Below are positions 52,313-63,689 of a DNA stretch of 64,000 nucleotides, piece by piece (positions within the stretch are counted from its first letter, which is position 1; every line of letters begins with the position of its first letter). The translations under genes were made by a program, and so were the position numbers. Location of the stretch: NCBI RefSeq assembly GCF_018977255.1, contig NW_024704742.1, positions 132,000,001 to 132,064,000 of the forward strand, written 5' to 3'. Below the pieces are notes generated by a model. It did not search any database and was not told the DNA's origin. It was given only the letters and a program-made list of their open reading frames with translations. The stretch is from Callorhinchus milii. Its lineage: Eukaryota.

Positions 52313-52739
52313 ATCTCAGTCTGCACTCTATGTATTCTGCTAAGAACATAATTGTAACTCCATTTTGAGTACAGTTCCTTAATTATCCCCAGCAATAATT
52401 AATGAACGGAATTGATTTAGAAATACATCAATGAATATTAAGCATGTGCAGTATTGACATCTATTATGATATTGGATTGGGATAGCTGATTGAGATAATA
52501 AAACTAATAATCCTTATATTTGACCATCTTGGCTCATCGATAAGACTAGAAGGAGCAAACCGGTCACCGGGGTTAGGGAATCTTCCACTTAGCTCCTGTT
52601 GACCGTGCAAGCCAAATAATAATAATAACAACAACTTGCACTTATATAGCACCCCCCACGCAGGGTAGCATCTCAGAGCTCTTAACAGTGGCGGAGGCTG
52701 ACTCCAAGCTGGCGGCAGGGTTGGGTGGGGAAGTGGCCG

Positions 52740-53030
52740 TAAAGGGAATTAACTGTGTATTTTGTGGGCGAAACACGGCAGCCAATTGCGCACAGCAGTG
52801 TACCACAAACAGTTGTGGATTGAAGTGACCAATTTATTATTTTTTTAAAGCAATTTTTACCCCCTGAAAAGCCATCTGCCAATTGACTAACAACTGGATT
52901 CCTACTTACTGCTAGGTAAAGAGAAGTGTGTGGAGTAAGGAAACTTGCCCAACATTTTGCTCAGGCGGGAATCAAAACCAGGTGTCTCGCTTGCAAGGTG
53001 AGTGCTCTAACCACTGAGCTACAGGTCTCC
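52740..53030 (-). mobile_element. SINE-A whose tail is replaced by an L2 3' end (~52616-52740)
   Basis: Head and body present; adjoining sequence is an L2 terminus with (TAA)/(CAA) repeats. Confidence 0.8.
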
Positions 53031-53042
53031 ACAAATCAGTAA

Positions 53043-53339
53043 TGGTTTGGATGGTCCGAGCTGGACAAGCAGCAGGACGCTTGCCAGATTATGCTTTCAA
53101 TGATGAACCATGTGGTTTTAGCTGATTAAACTCTAGCAGTTACCCTAACGCACACTCAGATCCTGAAGCCATGGCCCTTGCCAACCTGTGCCTAATACTC
53201 TCCAGAATTAGATAAGCAGGGTGCATCTCTCCATTTCCATGTGTAGTTGAAATGCATAGAATCCCAGTCTGGTTTGGTATCTCTTAAACACGGTGATGGG
53301 TTTCCATATGTGTCAAACACCCAGCTGGCCAAACAAAAA
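53043..53339 (+). mobile_element. Family C
   Basis: GGTCCGAGCTGGACAAGCAGCAGG...CACCCAGCTGGCC followed by an A-rich tail. Confidence 0.78.
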
Positions 53340-53710
53340 TATAGCACCTTATCAAATTGTTAAAACATTTCATAACGCTACACAGAATTTATTGTAAAGT
53401 GGAGTGACTCTGTATTTGTAGACAAACAACATAGCCAATTTTCACACAATTATGTCCCACAACAGTGAATGACCAATTTTTTTTCTGGGGGATTGTTGAC
53501 CAGGACACCGAGAAAACAATATTTACAAATAGTACCATGGGATGTTTAACATCCGCTTGAACAAGCAGATAGGATATCAGTTTAATGTCTCATCCAAAGG
53601 ATGGCGCCTCTAAATATGCAGCAAATCCCTCAGCACTGCCCTGGAGTGTCAGCCTGGGCTGTGAACTTAAAGTCCTGAAGTGGGGCTTGAACCTGAAAAC
53701 TCTAACCCAG
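53340..53710 (-). mobile_element. SINE-B
   Basis: Core and most of the head present. Confidence 0.8.
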
Positions 53711-54930
53711 GCACGAGTGTGTCAGCCTGGCGCTGTTGGTGGCACCTCAGACATGATGCAGTTACAACAAAAGCTTACCACTGCAGTCAAGAGAGGAGAA
53801 GCTGTAAGGAAAAGAAACCTTGGTAACCAGCACATTGCATGGTGAAAGTGATCTTCAATGCAGTGTGCTTGCTCTGAATGAATTAATTTGGCCTGGGATG
53901 TGGTATATTTCATCAGAATATGTAAAATGCGTATACCCTGTGCTCCCACTGAATAGCTAACTTTTTTAAAAGTGAAATTGACTTGTTCAAAATGTTGGTA
54001 GCTAACATATTTCTTTGGAGATGGCACAAAGAGAAAAGGTTTGATTTTTCTTCCCCCTTCCTATGCAACTCACTTTTGAGACTAGGGATAAAGGATATCG
54101 TAAGTCACTACGCAACAGGCATCACAAAGTTAACCTTGCTCTGGCGCTGTTTACAGAAATAATGCCTACATCAATAGTGCAGGAACAAAGCTGCCTCTGG
54201 TGTTTGAATCAAACTGCCAGAGGCAATTAATTCCTCTTGTAATGGCCCTGAAATGGAAATTGAAACGCGTTATGCACAAGGATAGCCCATCTGGAGCGCA
54301 ATATCCAACCTCCAGAGTCCTGTTTTGTCTGTTGCCTCATACACTGAAGTGCCAACAGTACCTTTTAAAGGAAGCTAGGTGCTATTAAATTTGGCTTTTA
54401 GGTGCAATTGAAATATGGCTTTAAGAGCTGTATTGGAAGTTGCAGTATTGCAGTATTCTCGTAAAAAAACATCAACTTTTGTAGCAACTTTTAAAGTATT
54501 TTTGCTTAGAGAGGGTGAATATGTAATTAAGTCAAATGCAACTCACTGTACAGCAGAGATAACTTAGGCAATGAGGCTTTTGACTCCTGTGCCCCATTTA
54601 TATTGCCGTGAGCAATTTGGAATCTCCTTCCAGCAGTAACACAAATAGAAGCAGAAAGCAACACTCACCAAGGACTGAGGAGAATATCTGAGTATGTTCT
54701 AATAGGTGCCAAACTCCACACGCCATGTTGATTATAGTACACCCTGGTATAACACGGGTCACACTCCAAATGATAATAACCCAGGCTAAATAATAATAAT
54801 CCTTGCATTTGATACAGCGGTTTATCACGTTGGTGAGAAATCACACAGCACTTCACAGGATTTTACTGCAAAATGTAGGAACTGTGTAGGCAAATACAGC
54901 AGCTAATTTGTGCACAATAATGTCCCACAA

Positions 54931-55753
54931 ACAACAACAACAACAAGATTCCATTTATAAAGCGCCTTTCACGTCAGGAGGACGTCCCAAGGCGCTGCAC
55001 AGTTGGATCATGACCCGAGCAGGGGGGAAATGGTCAGGGTGAGGGAGGGAAGGGAGGGAGCGAGGAGGGGGGAAATGGTCAGGGTGAGGGGAGGGAAGGG
55101 AGGGAGCGAGGAGGGGGAAGAGAGTCGAGAGGGGAGCTGAAGGCTCGGTCAAAGAGAAAGGTCTTGAGACCGGCCTTGAAGGAGGAAAGGGAGGAGGCGG
55201 CGAAGCCACTGGGGGATAGAGTTCCAGAGCCTAGGGGCTGAGAGGCTGAAGGCCCGGCCACCGATGGTAGGGCGGTTGGGGCGGGGGATGTGGAGCAGGC
55301 CGGAGCCAGAGGAACGGAGGGTACGGGTAGGTAGGTAGGGGGATAGTAGGTCGGAGAGGTAGGGGGGAGCAAGGCCGTGAATGGCCTTGTAGGTGAGGAT
55401 GAGGATCTTGAAATCGATCCTCTGGGGGATGGGGAGCCAGTGGAGGCGAGCGAGGGTGGGAGTGATGTGGTCGCGAAGCCTGGTGCGGGACAGTACACGA
55501 GCTGCAGAGTTCTGAATGACCTGCAGCTTGTGGAGGGAGGTGGCGGGAAGGCCGACGAGGAGAGAGTTCCCATAGTCCAGCCTTGAGGTGACAAAGGCGT
55601 GGACCAGGGTTTTAGCAGCGTGAGGGGTGAGGTAGTGCCGTAGTCTGGCGATGTTCCGGAGGTGATGGAAGGCGGTGCCAGTTGTGGTGCGGATGTGAGG
55701 GAGAAAGGACAGCTCAGGGTCGAACAAAACGCTGAGGTTCCTGACCGGCTTTG
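54931..55753 (-). mobile_element. Young L2 3' fragment (~820 bp) inserted in a SINE-B
   Basis: ORF 55149-55772 (VRNLSVLFDPELSF...[10 protein letters not shown]...LHWLPIPQRIDFKIL); near-identical to the 31128 copy; (CAA)n at 54931. Confidence 0.94.
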
Positions 55754-56301
55754 AAGTGAATGACCAATTCAATCTGGGGAATTGTCAGCCAGGACATCGG
55801 GTGAAATTCCTTTCTCTTTTCAGAGGGCATCAATGGATCCTTAACACTGGCCAGAAAAGACACATACAGGTTAACGTCTCAAGCAAAGGACGGCACCTCC
55901 GACAATGCAACGCTCCCCAGCACTGATTGGTTGGCTTCCTGTGTATAGCACACACACGCACACACACACTCACACATGCAGGAAGTGATGTAAGTATCAA
56001 CTTGATATCCCAGAAGGCAGCGCTGACCGGTGGCCATTTTTTAGTACACCAATCAAAATGTGGGTTCAAACTACCATGTGGTAACGGGCTTAGCCTGCAG
56101 TTTGCTGTTTTTTTAATGTTAAAGAGCCAGGAGTGCCAGCAACGTTTTAATAACATAACAATAAACATTATGGGGGTCATGCCTAGAGCAAATGTGAAAA
56201 GGGTTTTGCACCACCACTTTATACTGCGCCGGGCGGGGAAGGGGGGGATCACTTTCCTGGTTAAAATCATCTCCTGGAGGTAGCTTCAAGTCGTTTTTTT
56301 T

Positions 56302-56540
56302 ACAACAACAACTTGCATTTATATAGCGCCCTTCACAAGGGATAGTGGCCCAGAGCACTTGACAGTGGCAGAGCCGGGGGAGAGAAAGGGGACTGAAACC
56401 ATCATCAAAAAGGAAGGTCTTTAGGCGGGATTTGAAGGCAGGGACTGAGGGGGCAATGCGGATGGATTGAGGGAGAGAGTTCCAGAGTTTCGGGGCGTTG
56501 TGGCTGGAGGCATGGCCACCATGGTGGAAAGGCGGGCACG
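56302..56540 (-). mobile_element. L2 3' end
   Basis: APKLWNSLPQSIR..FKSRLKTFLF; (CAA)n tail. Confidence 0.8.
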
Positions 56541-58744
56541 AGGGACATGCAGTTTCTAACCCTATCCCTTGAACGCTGGAGGTAATTTCAGGAAGTTTCC
56601 CCTTTTTCCTCTTCTGGGGTTCAATCTTCAATACTGTTAAGCGCTCTGAAGTGCTACTCCCATGAAGGGCGCCATGTAAATGCAAGCCAGTGTTGTTGTT
56701 GACACTTCCGACAGCTTTGTTCCCATGTCGTAAAAACAAATCCAATTTACACTCAGTTCTTAATGTCAATTCAGGCCATTAAGGAGACAATCAGGCACAT
56801 GTAATTTCGCTTTGATTTATTAGTCATTGTAATGGTTTTCTTGTACTCTTTATTTCTCCTTTACACTCCTCCTCCCCCACATATCTACATGCTTACGATG
56901 CCTGAAATAACAATACATTCCCATTTCCATTTATACAGCGCCTTTCATGTCTGGAGGGAGTCTCAAGGCGCTGACTGAGAGGCTACTAACTGCCTTCAAG
57001 ACCCACATCATACCTTTGAACTCACATAACCTACACTGACATACCAATTCTGTGATGGGGGAGTGCTGCATTGTCAGATGCTGTGCTTTGGATGAAAGGT
57101 TAAACCGAGAGCCAGTTTGTCTGCTTAGGTAGGCGTTAAAAATCTCATAGCGCTATTTGAAAAGAGAAGGATGGTTTCTACTGGTATACTGACCAACAAT
57201 CCCACAGACAAAAATTGGTCATTCACTTCATGGCTCATGGTGGAGGGGTCGAGGCAGGAGCGGGATATGAACTACGAATATGATTTGAATTGTGCTAAAG
57301 ACATTGGGGAAGAATTGAATTGAAAAATAACGTGGTAAATGAATACCTGGTACAAAGTTTTAGCCAAAAAATACAGTCAATCATAAAATTTTCAATACAA
57401 GATATAAAATTTTTCGCCCACAAATTATACAGTCAGTTCTCTTTATAGTATATTTGTGTAGCGCTTTGAGACGTCTCAACGACGTGCTGAGACGCTATAT
57501 CAAATGCAAGGATTATTATTAATATCATAAAAAACTTTATGTCTATGTTGGCTGTGGGCAATTTGTTGACTCTGCTTATTATACTGGAGCTGGTGCAACG
57601 ACCAACCGCTTACATACTAACTTGGGTCAATGTCATTCAATACAGACTTATGTGAAGTTTTGGATCCTCCACAGTGCAAATTTAGCAATGGGAATTTTAA
57701 CAGAGTATAATGGGAGCACAAGTACGAAGGGGCACCTTTCACAAACACTTATCTATTTTGCCCTGCAGGAATAAGTATAAAAAGCACATAAACAAACCCA
57801 ACTCTTAAAATAAATGTAACTCCATCACGTCTCTGTATAAAGGATTTTTTAAAAAAAACAAAGCTCAGTGATACAGGGGAATGCATTATTATGATCGCAT
57901 TACAATAAACCTTTCTAAACACAAAAGCAACTGGATGAAATGACTTAACATTTAATTAAATGAGACTAATTAAAAACAGACCAAATAAGTCAAGCCCACA
58001 AAAGATTAGACTTATCTAGAAGAGCAGGGATCCCAACAAACATCAGAGGAGCTGTGTGAACCAGTCTTGTCGTCTGACTTCTCTTCCCCTCCCTCCCCTC
58101 CCCTGATAAAGTTTATTGAGGTCAAAGGTAACAAATTAGGCAAATTTATCTTCCAACCCTATGAGAAATTTCATCTAGAAATGCATTTAGGGCTTCTGAC
58201 AATAGATTAATAAGCAATTACAATTTACAACATGCTGTCTGTTGAATATTCTGTGAAAATTATATATTAATATAAGCGTATTCCCATAAAGACATTCTGA
58301 AAAAAACAGCTTATAAATAGACCAATTGAATTTCTTCACTTTAAGAAACATATGTCCTTCTATTATAAAATCACTGGCGTAGAATATTTACTCCCAATAG
58401 ATACAATACGAAGCCAAAATCTGTATCAGATGAAGAACACCAACAGCACCAACTTTAATAATAATCGTTGCATTTGATATGGTGACTTATCATGTCGTTG
58501 AGACACCTCAAGGCTTTTCGCAAGATTCTCATGTGAAGTGTATTGGCATCCAGCTCTTTGGGACATCTTCCTGATGTAAAGGGCGCTATACAAATATGAT
58601 TTGTTGTTGTTGTGTACGCTGCAACCAATTTGCACACGGCAATGTCGCACAAAGTAGCCATGAGCAGAATGGCCAAACAATACTCAATCTCTTCCATTTT
58701 TTGCTTTAAAATATTGCAACAAATTATTTCTCACAAGACTACAA

Positions 58745-59300
58745 GAGAGATTTGAGTCAATGCTTTAGAATGAATCAAGACAGTATAACAGAACCATTGG
58801 TTTTGAATTGTAAAGGGCAATTTTAGGAAGTTACTTTTTATGCAGAGGGTAATCAACAATTCAAACAGGTTGCAGGAAAGGTGGTAGATACCAGGACATT
58901 AGACTCATTTTAAAAGCAACTTGATGTTGTGATGAGGGGATGGTAGGGTGGGTGTTCTGAAGGGATGATGTTGGATGGGCTGAACTGCCTTTTTCATTGA
59001 ACGAATCTTGTGATCTTGTGAAAAAGGCCATTTGGTCTATTTCATCCCCACTTGACCTTCAGCCTACTCTCCTCCCATAACAGCATGAAGCTATTTCTTA
59101 AAAGCCCTGGTTTGACCATCCTTCCTAATAACCCATTCCAATGTTGATTCACCTTTGTGGAAAGAAATACTTCCATTGTGGTGTCTGTCCTTTAATTTCC
59201 CTTTGCAATCCTGAAGATGTGCTCTCTTGTTCTGCTGCCTTGGCATATCTGAAAATATTTTTCTGGGTTTATTCTCTCAATCCTATTTAGAATCTTATAT
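58745..59300. mobile_element. Two CR1 3' ends joined tail-to-tail (+ 58745-59022; - ~59025-59300)
   Basis: GGATGGGCTGAAC...TCTTGTGATCTTGTGA, followed by the reverse-orientation GGCCATTTGG...AGAATCTTATA. Confidence 0.65.
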
Positions 59301-59302
59301 AA

Positions 59303-59762
59303 CCTGGCTGAATTGGTAGCACTCTTGCCTCTTAGTCATAAGATTGTGGGTTCAAGTTCCATGTCATGACTCAAACTCATATAGTCTAGGCTGACATGCC
59401 AATGCAGTGCTTGGGATGTGTTGCATTGTCGCAGGTGCCAACCTCTGATCCTTAGGATGAGACAGCAATGTCCCACAAACAGCCACAAAGTGGATGGCCA
59501 AATGTATCTGGGGGATTTTGGCCAGGACACAGAGAGAATCTCCGTTCTCTTTCCAGTAGTGCTATGGGATCTTTAGCATCCATCTGAACAGGCAGACAAG
59601 AGCTTGTTTTTCAGTTTCATCCAAAGGACATTACGTACAAAAATGCAACTTCATTGATGTGTCAGCCTAGCGTTGTGAGTTCAAAGTTCTGACATGAGGC
59701 TTGAAACCCACAACCTTCTGACTCAAAAGCAAGAGTGTTACCTACTGAATCAGGCTGTCACC
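59303..59762. mobile_element. Two SINE-B 5' portions fused in inverted orientation (+ 59303-59462; - 59463-59762)
   Basis: Heads at both outer ends; junction GATGAGAC|AGCAATGTCCC. Confidence 0.8.
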
Positions 59763-60517
59763 TAAATTATTTTCGTTTGAACCACTTTAACCTGCACCCA
59801 GAGCTCATATTCACAACAGCAACTCCTCTCTCACTGGAACCAGCTTTCATGATGCAGTCTTCCTTCAGCATAATCCTTATATCTACTATTTCTTTACACG
59901 GAGAGTAATTAATGACTGGAACCAATAGCTGAGACCAGGATGCTGGGTCTCATTTAAGAAACAGCTTGATGTTACAACAGGAAGATGGCAGGGTGGGTGT
60001 TCTGGAAAGATAATATAAAAAGTAATATAATCCTTCCATTTGAAATAGCTCTTTTCTCGTAAGGAGGCTGCCTCAGTGCTTTGCAAGATTTACCGTAGAG
60101 AGTAGAGCCAACATATATTGTACTGCAGCCAATTCAGACAACCAGCAATGTCCAATAAATAGCCATGAAGTGAATGGTCAGTTTTATCTGTAGGATTGTT
60201 GGCCAGGAGAAATTCTCTTTTTTTTTAACAATTTTTTTTTAACAAAATTATAATTTGCTCACTCAATCCATGACTGCTTGTGGGACACTGCTGTGCGCAA
60301 TTGGCTCTGTCGCGTTACGCCCACAAAATATAGTCAACTCAATTTACAATATATCCTGTGAAGCACTCTGAGACGTCTGTAAAGTGCTGTATAAAATGCA
60401 AGGATTATTATTGCTATAAACTCAAAGTTTAGTAGTAGTGGCTCTACAGCACAGAACGAGGCCATTCGGTCCCTCGTGCCTGTGCTGGCTCTTTGAAAGA
60501 GCTATTCCACTGCAATG

Positions 60518-60606
60518 CTGGATGGAATTCTCAGTCTGGTTTGGATACTCTTAATCATGGTGATGGGTTTCCGCATGTGACAGACACCCGGCTGACCAAA
60601 ACAAAA
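60518..60606 (+). mobile_element. Family C, 3' end only
   Basis: GGAATTCTCAGTCTGGTTTGGATACTCTTAA...CACCCGGCTGACC followed by an A-rich tail. Confidence 0.78.
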
Positions 60607-61185
60607 GGAACACATTAAGAAATGCCGCAGGCTTTAACCCCCATTGTGTCCAATTGCCATTTTCGCTGATTCCCTTCTTGTTCCTGTGTCGCAGTACACC
60701 TCTAACTCACAGTTTGTGCAGTACAATGTCACCACACTGCAGATGTTCAGCTCCTAGTATTTGTAACCTAGGAGTTCACATATATTTACAGATGGGGAAG
60801 CAAAACTGCTCCTTCCAGCAGTCCAGGGCTGGCTACCTTGGCAATGGGTGAGCTGGCACTGGAGCTCTGCAGCTGGTGCAATTTACATTTTTACTCCGAT
60901 CAACTGTGACGAATGACTCATCACATTGATCAGCACAAAAGTTTTCTGGTTTAGAGAGCAATGGGGTAAAGTTTTATAACTCTTCTCTTGCAATTTCCCG
61001 GCCTAACTTGCTCCACCCCCTCCATCCCCATCCTCGCCAGACTCATCTGGCTTTCTACATTCCCCCAAGACCCCCACCCCCCCTCACATCCCAGAAGATT
61101 TAATTTAAAATCTTCATGCTTCAGATGTCTCCACAGGCTTGTCCCCACCTTATATGTGAACTCCTAGGTTACAAATACTAGGTGG

Positions 61186-61333
61186 TAGTCCTGTAGCCCA
61201 GTAGAGCGTACTCGTCTCGCAAGCTAAAGGAACCAGGTTCAATTCCCGGGCAGGGCAAAACCTTACATAAGTTTCCTTATCGAACCTGGATCCTTTCACT
61301 TGCAAGATGAGTGCTCTACGCTACAGGACTCCA
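61186..61333. mobile_element. SINE-A head plus an inverted second head
   Basis: + head at 61186-61280; reverse head at 61281-61333 (ends GCTACAGGACTCCAC). Confidence 0.8.
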
Positions 61334-62768
61334 CATTATTAGAAGGATTGAGTTCAGAATCTGTCATCCAAATCGTTTTCTCTCTCTCTCTCTCTCCTCT
61401 CTCTCTCCCCCTTTCTCTCATGTATGAACCTTATGGATTAAATTTATATAACAAAGATACCCAGCAATTTGCACAGAGTAAAAAAAATGTATCCTGAACA
61501 ATCACAATCTGCTGGGTGGAATGCTAAAAATAAATCACAGTCTATCTGTCAGCCAACCGACAGGAGCACTGCACAGCACCTAGCTTATTTTGTGGAAAAT
61601 AAAGGGAGAATTTTAAAATCTGCACTCAGCTCTCGTTGAGGTGTTTGCTAGAATTATGGGGCAAAATTAGCAGTGTTTCTTATCTGTATCCTGGGACCTA
61701 GGAATGCGCTAGGTCTAGACTGACACACCAGTGCAGAGTGCTGGGGGTATGTTACTTTGTCAGAGGTGTCGTCCTTCAGGTGAGATGTTAAAGTACATTC
61801 CTGTCTGTCTGTTTAGGTGGGTGTCAAAATTGCCAAGGCATTAAAATGGCCCTGGCCAACAATCTCCCAGATAAAATTCATCGTTCACTTCATGGCTGTT
61901 TGCCATACAATACAAAATGATATTTGCATAGCACCTTTCACATCGGGAGGATGTCCCAAGGCACTGGACAGTGAGGGATTTGGATCTGAGTGAGGGCAGG
62001 GTGGCGGGGTTGGCATCAGGGAGGGTGGAGGGTAGGGAGGCTATGCTCAAATTGGGGGCCGCATTTCACCTACAAAAATACACAGTCAGTACACTTTACA
62101 GTAAATCCCACAAAGTACTTTGAGATGTCGCGACAATGTGCTAAGAGAGTGCATTAATGCAAAGATTAGTATTATTACTACAGAGGAATGCCACAAATTG
62201 TGCCCCACATTTCTGACTTTGGTTCTCGCTGCCAATGTGCGGAACTGCTCAAAAACTTCTGTGGGCTGTCGTTTGCGTGGATTTACCTCATCGGCAGAGG
62301 ATTAGCATCGTTTCCCACAAAGAAGTGTCCTCATTTTCCAAGTGTAGTCTGCAGCACCTGCTCTCAACCAATGTGCTGGGCACAGGATCAATTGATTACT
62401 GAGGCAGTTTCTTCAAAGGCACCAGGCGCTTGGCTTTATCTGCCATAAATATATGCAAGAGGTTCTATTGTTGTACTCATTACGAACAGCACAGCAAAGT
62501 CCACGCTGTGAAGAACAGCGTGGCGAGTCTAAATTGCACTGTTTTTTTTCCACAGTGATTCACTCCGTAAAAAGATAAACCGCATTAAAGTGCAAACAAA
62601 AGGCGCAGATGTAACCTAGTGCATTTACCGTGCCTCCCAATGTGCGGCTGAACTCTCCAGCAGAACTCATTTTACATTTGACAACACATGTAAAATAAAG
62701 ACCATTGGAGCATTAATACTGGCTGATTTGTGCAACCGGATCAATTCTGCCTTGCTTATTGCAAACGC

Positions 62769-63230
62769 AGTCAGCCTTTCTCAGTTGGTAGCACTTCTCA
62801 ATTCTCAGGCAGATGGTTGTTGGGACTTTGAATTCACACACAGTCCATGCTAATGCTCAATGCAATGCTGGGGGAGTGCTGCAATGTTGGAAGTGCCATC
62901 CTTTGGATGAGATGTTGAACTGAAGTTCTATCTGCTTGTTCAGTGGATATTAAAGATCAAGTAACATTACTTGAAAAGAGAAGGGAGGTTCTCCCGGTAT
63001 CCCTGGCCAACAATTCCCCCAATACGTCCCCCCGATGTGAAAAGCCCTAAACAAATGTCATTTTGTATTGTTTTGTATATAGTATTTGTTACTTCGCTTT
63101 ATGGCTGTTTGTGGATCTTTGTGGTACACACAAATTGGCTGCCACATTCACCTACAAATACATGCATGCTAAATTTCACATTAAAATGCTGTGAAGCACT
63201 TTGAGACATCCTGATGACATGATAAGGCGC
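62769..63230 (+). mobile_element. SINE-B with short nested L2-type tail
   Basis: CTCAGTTGGTAGCAC head, core and tail. Confidence 0.8.
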
Positions 63231-63689
63231 GAAGCCAACATTTGAGGGTTGTTCTATTGAATCAAAGTAAGAAAGATGGAAGAAGGGAATCCTTCTGGTC
63301 TGGCCACAGTGGTTGGAACGGAAGAACTCTCCATGCTAGCAACTGAGTTTAGGAGGAGGGAAGCAGCAAACTCAAACACAAAGGCCCAAAATGGAGTTTG
63401 GGGCCGTTAAATGGCAGGTAAGACAGCAGCTGAAATGTTTCCAAAGTGGACCGAGAACCAAACATGGCTTTAGTTTAGCGGACAAAATGATTAGAGGATG
63501 GTAGAGCTGGGGACATTATGTAGATTATTAACCAGGTCAAAGCATTTTCTCTTGAAATTTTTTCTGCCAATAATCATTGGATCACTGGGGGATGGAGAGG
63601 GATGGGGGTCCGACCCACTGATTCTCAACATCATGTTAAATTGCAGTTGGGCCATTTTCTCACCATCGTGTTATACTCGGTTGTAACCT

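Noticed and set aside
62501..62523. 9-bp hairpin CCACGCTGT-GAAGA-ACAGCGTGG
   Set aside because: A stem this short is expected by chance in 64 kb.
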